Positions 10,953-18,471 of a stretch of DNA of 64,000 nucleotides are shown here, in pieces (within the stretch, counting starts at the first letter, position 1; every line of letters begins with the position of its first letter). The position numbers and the translations under genes were made by a program. Source of the stretch: Vicinamibacteria bacterium (GTDB lineage: Bacteria > Acidobacteriota > Vicinamibacteria > Fen-336); contig DATKME010000055.1 of NCBI GenBank assembly GCA_035542035.1, positions 318 to 64,317 on the forward strand. Reading direction: 5' to 3'. The notes below the pieces were generated by a model that had not been told where the DNA came from, searched no databases, and saw only the letters and a list, made by a program, of their open reading frames with translations.

Positions 10953-11822
10953 ATGTCCGGACTGACCCTGGCCCTGTTCCTGGCGGCGCAGGCGCCGCCG
11001 GTCGCCGAGCCGGGAACCGAGGTACGCGCGCTCACGGTCAGCTTCCTCGACAGCAAGGACGGCGAGGTGGCCGAGCTCTCGCCGAGCGACGTGGCGCTCA
11101 GCGAGAACGGGGTGGCCCGCGAGATCATCTCCTTCAAGCGCGACAGCCGGCCGCTGTCGGTGGTGGTTCTGGTCGACAGCAGCGCGGGGCTCGGCTCCGC
11201 CTTCCGGCTCAACGTGGTCGACGCCGTCAGCGGTTTCGTCAGCCGCCTGCCCCTGGGCACCCGCTACACGCTGTGGACGACCGGGGAGCGGCCGACCAAG
11301 ATCCTCGACTTCACGGAGGACAAGGAGGCGGCGGCCAGGGCGCTGCGCATGGTGGCGCCCCAGGGCGGCAACTACATGCTGGACGGCCTGGCCGAGGCCT
11401 CGGCCGACCTCAAGAAGCTCGCGCGCGAGGGCGACCGCACCGCGGTGGTGGCGGTCACCGCCAGCGGCCGGGAGCTCAGCTACCGGGACAAGTTCCGCGC
11501 CGTCGAGGACGCGCAGAACAACGCCGACCTGTTCCTCTCGGTGGAGATGGACGAGGGCGCCTCCGACGACGACTTCGACAGCCGCGCGAACCTCAGCTAC
11601 GTGCTCGACCGCCTGGCCGTCTCCAGCGGCGGGCGCTACCTGGTGGTGATCTCGGCGATGGGCGCCGACACCGGCCTGCGCAAGCTGTCGACGGTGCTGC
11701 GCGCCGGCTACCGCATCGCCTACGCCACCGTGCCCGACCTCAAGAGGCGCAAGCTGGAGCTCAAGGTCGCCCGCCCGGGCACCAAGGTGCTCGTGCCGGC
11801 CCCGACACCGCCTCGCTCCTGA
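10953..11822 (+). CDS. secreted VWA domain protein (acidobacterial VWFA-related type), degenerate MIDAS
   Basis: Short signal-like N-terminus. [11 protein letters not shown] stands in place of DxSxS. The C-terminal [20 protein letters not shown] is like its neighbour. Confidence 0.75.
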   Translation: MSGLTLALFLAAQAPPVAEPGTEVRALTVSFLDSKDGEVAELSPSDVALSENGVAREIISFKRDSRPLSVVVLVDSSAGLGSAFRLNVVDAVSGFVSRLPLGTRYTLWTTGERPTKILDFTEDKEAAARALRMVAPQGGNYMLDGLAEASADLKKLAREGDRTAVVAVTASGRELSYRDKFRAVEDAQNNADLFLSVEMDEGASDDDFDSRANLSYVLDRLAVSSGGRYLVVISAMGADTGLRKLSTVLRAGYRIAYATVPDLKRRKLELKVARPGTKVLVPAPTPPRS

Positions 11823-11845
11823 GAACGAAGGCCAGGACGACACGC

Positions 11846-12787
11846 ATGAAGCGAGCTCTCCTGCTCACCGCCGTCCTCGCCGGCTGTCTCGCGCTGCCGG
11901 CCTCCTCCCCAGCCCAGGCCCCCCAGGCCCCCACCTTCGGCACCGGCATCGAGATCATCAACCTGAGCCTCTCGGTCACCGACGCCCGCAACAACTTCGT
12001 CACCGACCTGCAGCAGGGGGACTTCGCGGTGTACGAGGACGGCATCCGGCAGGACCTGAGCCTCTTCACCCACGAGAACCTGCCGATCTCGCTGGTGCTG
12101 ATGATCGACACCTCGGCCTCCATGGAGGACAAGCTGGCGACCGCCCAGACCGCGGCCGTCCGCTTCGTGAGGACGCTGCGGCCCCAGGACCTGGCCCAGG
12201 TGGTCCAGTTCAACGAGCTCGCCACCACGCTGCAGGCCTTCACCAACGACCAGGCGGCCCTGGAGGCGGCGATCCGGCGGACCAGCGCTTCCGGCTCGAC
12301 GGCGCTGCACAACGCGCTCTACATCGCGCTCAAGGACCTGACGCGCGACAAGAGGGCGGCCGAGCTGCGCCGGCGGGCGATCGTGCTGCTCTCCGACGGG
12401 GAGGACACCTCCTCGCTGGTCACCGACGACCAGGTGCTGGAGCTCGCCCGCAAGAGCGAGATCAACATCTACGCGATCCGGCTGGGCTCCAACCGGCCCC
12501 AGGACCACGCCCGCCAGGCCTTCAGCCAGGCCGAGTACCTGGTGAACGCGCTCGCCCGCGACACGGGCGGCCACGCCTACTTCCCCACCTCGATCAGCGA
12601 GCTCGACGCCGTCTACGACCGCATCGCCGAGGAGCTGCGCACGCTGTACAGCGTGGGCTACGTCTCCTCGAACTCCAGGCGCGACGGCAAGTGGCGGCGC
12701 ATCGTGGTCCGGGTGCCCGACCGCGAGGGGCTCACGGTCCGCCACAAGCTCGGCTACTACGCGCCGACCACGCCTCTCGGCGGATAG
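11846..12787 (+). CDS. secreted VWA domain protein (acidobacterial VWFA-related type)
   Basis: Signal peptide MKRALLLTAVLAGCLALPASSPAQA, MIDAS LVLMIDTSASM, then TALHNALY, LLSDGEDTSS and the C-terminal YSVGYVSSN...WRRIVVRV. Starts at the internal ATG at 11846 of ORF 11273..12787. Confidence 0.85.
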   Translation: MKRALLLTAVLAGCLALPASSPAQAPQAPTFGTGIEIINLSLSVTDARNNFVTDLQQGDFAVYEDGIRQDLSLFTHENLPISLVLMIDTSASMEDKLATAQTAAVRFVRTLRPQDLAQVVQFNELATTLQAFTNDQAALEAAIRRTSASGSTALHNALYIALKDLTRDKRAAELRRRAIVLLSDGEDTSSLVTDDQVLELARKSEINIYAIRLGSNRPQDHARQAFSQAEYLVNALARDTGGHAYFPTSISELDAVYDRIAEELRTLYSVGYVSSNSRRDGKWRRIVVRVPDREGLTVRHKLGYYAPTTPLGG

Positions 12788-12800
12788 CCCGGAAGACACG

Positions 12801-12826
12801 CAGGGCCGGCCCGCGGACCGGCCCTG
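12801..12826. terminator. GC-rich hairpin between convergent genes
   Basis: CAGGGCCGG-cccgcgga-CCGGCCCTG, a perfect 9-bp stem. There is no clear U tract. Confidence 0.45.
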
Positions 12827-12848
12827 GTCCCACGTCCCCGCCGATCGG

Positions 12849-13208
12849 CTAGAAACCTATGGCGAAGCCGATGCCCACGTGCGCGTGCCCGTGCGGGGCG
12901 TAGTACCGCACCGGGGGCGGCGCGACGTAGTACCCGTAGCCGGCTCCGTAGTAGGCGCCGTAGTAGCCGGGCGCGTAGTAGTACGGGGCGTAGTAGTACG
13001 GGGCGTAGTACCGCGGCGCATAGTAGTGGTGGGAGCGGTAGTAGTAGGGGGCGCCGTAGTGGGCGTGCCCGTAGCTCGGGGCGTAGTGGCGATACCCCTG
13101 GCTGTAGTAGTGGCCGTGGCCGTGGTGATCGTCGGCCTGCGCGCTGGGCGGAGCCGCGAACGCGAAGGCGGCCAGGGCCAGGGCCGGCACGAGGGCGAGA
13201 GCTTTCAT
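12849..13208 (-). CDS. small secreted Tyr/His/Pro-rich repeat protein
   Basis: GGGAGG Shine-Dalgarno and signal peptide MKALALVPALALAAFAFAAPPSAQA. The mature part is DDHHGHGHYY...RYYAPYYYAPYYYAPGYY...HGHAHVGIGFAIGF. Tyr is coded by TAC, as expected for genuine coding in a high-GC genome. Confidence 0.7.
   Translation of the reverse strand: MKALALVPALALAAFAFAAPPSAQADDHHGHGHYYSQGYRHYAPSYGHAHYGAPYYYRSHHYYAPRYYAPYYYAPYYYAPGYYGAYYGAGYGYYVAPPPVRYYAPHGHAHVGIGFAIGF
12973..13017. repeat. 15-nt tandem repeat (two perfect copies and one degenerate copy) encoding the YYYAP units
   Basis: GCGTAGTAGTACGGG occurs at 12973-12987 and 12988-13002, with a degenerate third unit after it. It lies inside the CDS at 12849..13208. 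Confidence 0.8.
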
Positions 13209-13358
13209 CGCGAGACCTCCCGAAACGTCCCGACCGGGTTCAAAGCAATCCCCGTTCCAGCATCATAGCTCTGCCGCTCAGCGGTTTGGACCTCCGCTGC
13301 CCCCCGTCCGTCGCCCGGGGAGCGCACCGGGTGTCGCCCCGCGGGGACGCCTCCGCGG

Positions 13359-13808
13359 TCACTCGACCCAGACCCGCACCGTCGCCTCCGGGTCGTCGAT
13401 CTCCACCAGGCTCTGGCCGGAGTCGAGCGAGCGCAGGACGTCGCCGATCGTCGGCCCGTGGCCGTGCTCGCAGCGGTGGCAGCCCTGGATCGGCCAGTCC
13501 TGGCCGACGGCGCGCACCAGACCCAGCGGGAGGCTGATCGAGACCCGTCCCTGCTTCGCGCCCTTGCCCGCGATCCGCACGTGGAACCAGCGGGGGCCGT
13601 CCGTGTGTCGCGGCGCGAGCCGTGCGGGCGCGTCGTCCTCGTCGGCGACCGGAGGGGCCTCGGCCGGGCGGCGCTGGGCAGCCGCCTGCGGTTTCTGCTC
13701 CGAGTGGACGGCCTTCTTGACCGCGGCGAGGTCGTCGTCGGCGCGGTCCGCCGCCACGGGCGTCGCGACCGTCGCCGCCAGGGCCAGGGCCAGAAACGTC
13801 GTCTTCAT
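13359..13808 (-). CDS. secreted protein; C-terminal domain paralogous to that of 13817..14659, with a CHRCEHGH insert
   Basis: GGAGGAG Shine-Dalgarno and signal peptide MKTTFLALALAATVATPVAA. The C-terminal WFHVRIAGKG...VSISLPLGLV...SLVEIDDPEATVRVWVE aligns with the neighbour's C-terminus. Confidence 0.7.
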   Translation of the reverse strand: MKTTFLALALAATVATPVAADRADDDLAAVKKAVHSEQKPQAAAQRRPAEAPPVADEDDAPARLAPRHTDGPRWFHVRIAGKGAKQGRVSISLPLGLVRAVGQDWPIQGCHRCEHGHGPTIGDVLRSLDSGQSLVEIDDPEATVRVWVE

Positions 13809-13816
13809 GGCTCCTC

Positions 13817-14659
13817 CTACTCGATCCACACCTGCACCCGCTCACCGTCCTCCCCCTCGATGGTGAGGATGTCGGTCGGGCCCGTCTTCTTCACCCGCTC
13901 CCAGAAGCTGGCCGAGTCGTACCCCTTGCGGCGCAGCTCGTCGCGGGCGTCCTCGGGAAGGCTCTTGAACACCAGCTCCGCCAGGGCGATCGGGACGTTG
14001 AGCGCCAGCGTGGGACGGCTCGAGCCCCTGTCGTAGACGCGCACCCGGATCCAGCCCGCCTGGCGATGTCCGTTGCGGGGAGGAGGGGGCGGCGGCGACG
14101 TGGCCAGGGCGCTGCGGTCGAGGCGCAGGAGGTTGAGCTTGGCGCGCTCGACCAGGTCCTGGTCCGTCTCCTTCGCCAGGATCTCCTTCAGCACCGGCAC
14201 CGCGGGCTTGCCCTGCTCGGGCCCGAGCGAGGCGAGGCGGAGCGCGGCAAAGTAGCGGACCACCTTGTCCGGGTCGGAGAGCCCCGCGCTCGCGATCGCG
14301 AGGTGGCCGGGGTGGCCGACCTGGGCGAGCTTCACCGCCAGCCCGATGCGGCCGGTCTTCGCCTCCTGGGCCAGCGTGGGGTCGGCGGGGCGACTCGCCA
14401 GGTACTCGCCGTACTCGGCGAGGGCGCGCTCGCGCTCCCCCAGGCTCTCGCTGCAGCGGGCGATCCAGTAGAGCGCGGCCTGCGCCTCCGGCCCCCGTCC
14501 CGCCGCGCGCACCGCCTGCCACTCCTCTCGCGCCTTGTCGTACTTCTGGTCGAAGAAGAGGGCCTTGGCGTTGCGCAGCCGCTCGGAATCGCCCTGCGCG
14601 AGCGCCGCCGCCGGCAGGAGCGCCGCCGCCAGCGCGAGCCACGCCAGCCTTCGCCTCAT
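13817..14659 (-). CDS. secreted TPR/HEAT-repeat protein with an unassigned C-terminal domain
   Basis: Starts at the internal ATG at 14659, in an ATGA overlap with the anti-sigma stop. Signal peptide MRRRLAWLALAAALLPAAALA, a TPR-like region (AKALFFDQKYDKAREEW...ALYWIARC), a HEAT-like region (DPDKVVRYFAALRLASLG...AVPVLKEIL), then WIRVRVYDRG...LTIEGEDGERVQVWIE. Confidence 0.75.
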   Translation of the reverse strand: MRRRLAWLALAAALLPAAALAQGDSERLRNAKALFFDQKYDKAREEWQAVRAAGRGPEAQAALYWIARCSESLGERERALAEYGEYLASRPADPTLAQEAKTGRIGLAVKLAQVGHPGHLAIASAGLSDPDKVVRYFAALRLASLGPEQGKPAVPVLKEILAKETDQDLVERAKLNLLRLDRSALATSPPPPPPRNGHRQAGWIRVRVYDRGSSRPTLALNVPIALAELVFKSLPEDARDELRRKGYDSASFWERVKKTGPTDILTIEGEDGERVQVWIE

Positions 14660-15438
14660 CCCTCGAGCTCCCGTGTCATCAGCCGGATGCGCATCAGCAG
14701 CTGCCGCCGCTCGAGCTCGGCCCGCAGGCGCTCCACGTCGCGGCGCTTGACGCAGGAGGGCAGCTCGGCCACGTCCCGCAGCGCCTGCTCGACGTCGTCG
14801 AGCACCGGCTGCGCGCTCGCCACCGCCTCGGCGCCCGAGTCCACCAGCAGCTGGCGCTTCTCCAGCAGCTCCCGGCTGCGCTCGGGGGCAAAGCCCACGT
14901 CGAGCCGGCCGTCGCGGCGGTCGCAGTCGCTGCCGCTCGCCGAGACCGCCACCAGCACCTCGCCGGCCTCGCTGAGATAGCGGGCCGCCTGCTCGCGCGC
15001 CAGCGCCCGCTCGATGCGCTGCAGCGCCTCCTCGCTGGCGGGCGTGCCGGAGGAGGGTGGCGGGATCACCGCGCTCTCCGGCGCCGGCGTCGAACGCAGC
15101 CGCTCCACCAGCGGCGGCACCACGGCCACCGCCGCGAGCGCGGCCGCGGCGGCGGGCAGCGCCACCAGCCACCAGCGCGGACGGCGGCCCGTCGTGCGCA
15201 GGGCCCGGTCGACCTCGCGCTCCACCCGGGCCACCAGCGCCGCCACCGGGACCTCCGGCTCCGCCGCCCGCAGCGGGTCCTGCTCCATCGCGCGCACGAC
15301 CGCGCGCAGCTCCTCGTGCTCGGCGCGGCAGCGCGGGCAGAGCGCCAGGTGCGCCTCGGTCTGCTCGAGCTGGCGCCCCCTCAGCACGCCTGAAGCGAGC
15401 AATGCGAGCCGTCGCCGGGCGCGCAGGTGGCCGATCAC
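14656..15438 (-). CDS. anti-sigma factor (zf-HC2 type, single TM)
   Basis: HLALCPRCRAEHEEL matches H-x3-C-x2-C. It has the TM helix WWLVALPAAAAALAAVAVVPPLV and overlaps the sigma gene by 4 nt. Confidence 0.85.
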   Translation of the reverse strand: MIGHLRARRRLALLASGVLRGRQLEQTEAHLALCPRCRAEHEELRAVVRAMEQDPLRAAEPEVPVAALVARVEREVDRALRTTGRRPRWWLVALPAAAAALAAVAVVPPLVERLRSTPAPESAVIPPPSSGTPASEEALQRIERALAREQAARYLSEAGEVLVAVSASGSDCDRRDGRLDVGFAPERSRELLEKRQLLVDSGAEAVASAQPVLDDVEQALRDVAELPSCVKRRDVERLRAELERRQLLMRIRLMTRELEG

Positions 15439-16010
15439 GACGCCACCCCCGCCAGCCCCTGGCGCAGGCGGGCCAGCGCGCGGTGCAGGCTGCTCTTGAC
15501 CGTGCCGATGCTGATGCCGAGGGTCTGCGCGATCTCCTCCAGGCTCTGGTCCTGGTAGTGGCGGAGGAGCACGATCGCCCGCTGCCGCTCGGGCAGCCGC
15601 GCCAGCGCCCGCACCACTCTCTCCCGGAGCTCCCGGCCGGCCACCGCGCCCTCCGGACCGGGGCCGCTGTCGCCGACGTCCGCCGTGTGGTCGCCCTCGG
15701 GCATGGGGGCGAAGGTCAGGAGTCTCCGCCGGTTGCGGCGCCAGCGGTCGATCGAGAGGTTGACGGCGATGCGGGCCAGCCAGGGGCCGGCCTCGGCCGA
15801 GCCGTCCCAGCGGGCCGCGTTCTGGAAGGCCTTCACGAACGCCTCCTGGACCACCTCGAGCGCGTCCTCGGGCCGGCGCAGGTAGGAAAGCGCGATGCGG
15901 TAGACCCGGCGGTAGTGCCGCTCCATGAGCGGGGCGAGCGCCTCGCGATCGCCCGCCGACAGGCGCGCCATGAGCTCCCGGTCACCCGCGTCCTCCTCCC
16001 GCGACCCCAT
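15435..16010 (-). CDS. ECF (sigma-70 family, group 4) RNA polymerase sigma factor
   Basis: Region 2 (YRIALSYLRRPEDALEVVQEAFVKAF...WLARIAVNLSIDRWRR) and region 4 (LPERQRAIVLLRHYQDQSLEEIAQTLGISIGTVKSSLHRA). I use the ATG at 16010. Confidence 0.9.
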   Translation of the reverse strand: MGSREEDAGDRELMARLSAGDREALAPLMERHYRRVYRIALSYLRRPEDALEVVQEAFVKAFQNAARWDGSAEAGPWLARIAVNLSIDRWRRNRRRLLTFAPMPEGDHTADVGDSGPGPEGAVAGRELRERVVRALARLPERQRAIVLLRHYQDQSLEEIAQTLGISIGTVKSSLHRALARLRQGLAGVAS

Positions 16011-16114
16011 CCGCCGTAAGGCCCCTCTCCCGCTGCGCTCGAGCGTGCCGCCATTGCACCACGCTGCCAGGCGGGCCGGAAAGTCGCCCGGCCGGACGTT
16101 CACCTCGGCTCTTC

Positions 16115-16140
16115 AACGCGTGAGCCCCCGGCGGGGTTCC
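16115..16140 (-). promoter_or_regulatory. ECF-type promoter candidate (autoregulatory)
   Basis: The minus strand reads GGAAC-N17-CGTT, about 100 nt upstream of the sigma ATG. Confidence 0.5.
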
Positions 16141-16158
16141 ACCCCGGGGGCGGCAGCT

Positions 16159-16509
16159 CTACGACTTGCCCGGGCCCAGGACCGCCCAGACGAGCCAGTT
16201 GACCACCATGATGACCAGGCTGCCCAGGATGCCGGCCCACAGGCCGTGGACGTGGTAGTCGGGCATCAGCCAGGAGAAGACGAGGAGCAGCACCCCGTTC
16301 ACCACGAAGTAGAAGAGACCCAGGGTGAGGACGATGAACGGCAGCGACAGCAGCAGCACCAGCGGGCGCACCACCAGGTTCAGCAGGCCGAAGAGGGCGC
16401 CCGCGATCAGCAGCTCGACCAGCCCGCCGGTCCAGCTGATGCCGTGCACCACCCGGGTGGTCGCATAGAGGGCAACGGCGTTGGCAACGATGCCGAGCAG
16501 GATCTTCAT
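16159..16509 (-). CDS. small 4-TM membrane protein, phage-holin-family-4-like
   Basis: A 116 aa protein: MKILLGIVANAVALYATTRVVHGISWTGG...LVVRPLVLLLSLPFIVLTLGLFYFVVNG. This is only the 3-prime end of ORF 16159..19023. Confidence 0.7.
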   Translation of the reverse strand: MKILLGIVANAVALYATTRVVHGISWTGGLVELLIAGALFGLLNLVVRPLVLLLSLPFIVLTLGLFYFVVNGVLLLVFSWLMPDYHVHGLWAGILGSLVIMVVNWLVWAVLGPGKS

Positions 16510-17210
16510 GGCTCCGCCTCCGCCGGCCTGGCCTCGACGCCCGCGAGGCGCCAGCCGGCGGGCACCTCGAAGCGCTCCTCGGGAATGGCCAGCGCCCGGA
16601 TCGCCGTCACCGTGGAGACGGTCTCCTTGGTCTCTCCGAGCACGTCGACCCGGAGCCGGGTCTCCAGCGGGAAGCCGGGCAGGGCCCGGATCGCCGCGAC
16701 CAGGCCGGACAGGGCCTGGCTCGCCCCCGACCACTCCATGAACTCGGCGAAGATCTCGGCCCGCGCCGGCACGTCCGCGGCGACCCAGGCTTCGATCGAC
16801 GCCGACCCGCCCGAGATGCGGAAGCCGCTGCAGGCGTGGCCGGCGATGGTCCTTCGGCCCTCGAGGGGATGGGTGCGCAGGTCGCCCGGCTCGGTCGCGC
16901 CCATCAGGCCCGCCGCCACGGCGGCGTCGGCGGCGGAGCGGGCACGCAGCCGCGACACGTCCAGCTCGACGGCGGTGCGCGACTCCGGGTCGAGCCGCAG
17001 CGCGCGGCCCTCGTCGAGACGCAGCACCAGGGCCGGCCCGCCGGGGACGTCCGCCGCCTCCAGCCGCAGCCTTTGCCCCGCGCACCACACCCGCGAGCGC
17101 ACCCCCGGCGCGCCCGCCTTCGCCTCCGGTCGCACCAGGGTCGTCTGCTCGAAGTAGATGCCGTTCGTCGGGGCGGCGAGGAGCGTGGCCAGGGACAGGG
17201 CGAGGATCAT
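16506..17210 (-). CDS. secreted DUF4412-like protein
   Basis: Signal peptide MILALSLATLLAAP, then GIYFEQTTL...RLEAADVPGGPALVLRLDEGRALRLDPESRTAVEL. It overlaps the downstream gene by ATGA. Confidence 0.6.
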   Translation of the reverse strand: MILALSLATLLAAPTNGIYFEQTTLVRPEAKAGAPGVRSRVWCAGQRLRLEAADVPGGPALVLRLDEGRALRLDPESRTAVELDVSRLRARSAADAAVAAGLMGATEPGDLRTHPLEGRRTIAGHACSGFRISGGSASIEAWVAADVPARAEIFAEFMEWSGASQALSGLVAAIRALPGFPLETRLRVDVLGETKETVSTVTAIRALAIPEERFEVPAGWRLAGVEARPAEAEP

Positions 17211-17211
17211 C

Positions 17212-17238
17212 TTGCGGCCTCCCGGGGAAAGATATAAT
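17212..17238 (+). promoter_or_regulatory. sigma70-type promoter candidate for the GGDEF-PilZ gene
   Basis: TTGCGG-N15-TATAAT. The -10 is perfect but the spacer is short. Confidence 0.3.
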
Positions 17239-17304
17239 GCGGCCGACGCGGCGGCCAGCACACCGTACCCTCAGGTGAGGTTTGCCGAAGGAGCGGAGGC
17301 GCGC

Positions 17305-18438
17305 GTGAAGAGCCCGGCCGAGGCGCTCGCGTTCCGTCATTCGCTGCTGGACCTGCTCGAGGCCGGACCCCGACGGGAGGAGGCGCTGCTCGCCGAGCTC
17401 GAGCGCCGTCGCGACCCCGCCCAGCCGCTCTACTCCTCGCTGCTGTACTTGCTGACTCACCTCAACTTCCCCGAGCGCACCGCCGAGCGGCACTGGCGGC
17501 GGGTGGTGGGGCATCGCGAGCGGCTGCGGGGGGCGCTGGGCCGGGACCCCGGGCTGCGCGTCGCGATCCTGGACTACTTCGCGAACGTCTGCGGCGAGCT
17601 GCGCAACCCGAAGGTGATCGAGATCGAAAGCTACGAGCGCACCGAGCGCTCCGCGACCACCGACGGGTTGACCGGCCTCTTCAACCACGCCTTCTTCCTG
17701 CAGGCGCTGCGCCAGGAGCTGCTGCGCTCGCGCCGGCAGGGGCTCAAGGCCGCGCTGCTGCTGCTCGACCTCGACGACTTCAAGAGGGTCAACGACCTGC
17801 GCGGCCACGTGGAGGGCGACCGTGCGCTGATGCGGGCGACGGCCGTGCTGCGCGAGAGCGTGCGCGGCATCGACATCGCGGCCCGCTACGGCGGCGAGGA
17901 GTTCGCGGTGCTGCTGCCCGACACCTCGCGCCTGGGGGCTCTGGTGGTGGCCGAGCGAATCCGCCGCCGGCTGGAGGAACGCTTCGCCCGCAGCCGGCCG
18001 CAGCTGACGGTGTCGGGGGGCGTCGCCGTGTTTCCCGAGGATGCGTCGACCCCGGCCGACCTCATCGTACGCGCCGACGCGGCGCTCTACGCCGCCAAGG
18101 CCGCGGGCAAGAACCGGATCCTGTTCCCGCCCGCGGAGAGGCGCCGCCACGGCCGCCGGCCCGACAGCGGCCGCGCCCTGCTCTCCACGGGCGGACGCAG
18201 CCGCAGCGCCAGCGTCAAGAACGTCTCCGACGGCGGGCTGCTGGTGACGCTGCGCGAGCCGGTGGCGGTCGGCAGCAGCGTCAGCGTGTGGATCGAGCGG
18301 CCCGGCTCCTCCGCCTTCGATCTCCACGGCGAGGTGGTCCGCGTCGACCCGGTGGGCGAGGGCGGCCGCGAGGCCGTCTTCGACGTGGCCGTCCGCTTCG
18401 GCCGCAGCGGCCCGGCCCTCGCCGTCAGCCACCCGTAG
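17305..18438 (+). CDS. diguanylate cyclase (GGDEF) with C-terminal PilZ domain
   Basis: Contains TDGLTGLFNH, DLDDFKRVND, an RGID I-site 5 residues before GGEEF, then PilZ motifs RRHGRR and NVSDGG. The GTG at 17305 lies 11 nt after AAGGAG. The start is uncertain (17158 to 17305). Confidence 0.85.
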   Translation: MKSPAEALAFRHSLLDLLEAGPRREEALLAELERRRDPAQPLYSSLLYLLTHLNFPERTAERHWRRVVGHRERLRGALGRDPGLRVAILDYFANVCGELRNPKVIEIESYERTERSATTDGLTGLFNHAFFLQALRQELLRSRRQGLKAALLLLDLDDFKRVNDLRGHVEGDRALMRATAVLRESVRGIDIAARYGGEEFAVLLPDTSRLGALVVAERIRRRLEERFARSRPQLTVSGGVAVFPEDASTPADLIVRADAALYAAKAAGKNRILFPPAERRRHGRRPDSGRALLSTGGRSRSASVKNVSDGGLLVTLREPVAVGSSVSVWIERPGSSAFDLHGEVVRVDPVGEGGREAVFDVAVRFGRSGPALAVSHP

Positions 18439-18471
18439 GCCGGGTCGTCGTTTCCGGGCGAAGATGGGCCG

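Noticed and set aside
13254-13258. A GGAAC upstream of the Tyr/His-rich gene as a second ECF-dependent promoter.
   Set aside because: The nearest GTC or CGTT elements are 19 and 26 nt away rather than 16-17 nt, so the geometry does not match the good GGAAC-N17-CGTT site at 16115-16140. It is kept only as a remark inside a finding.
16159-16509. The holin-family gene could have marked a prophage or lysis cassette.
   Set aside because: No endolysin, spanin, capsid, tail, terminase or integrase genes occur anywhere in the window. This holin superfamily is widespread in non-phage contexts.
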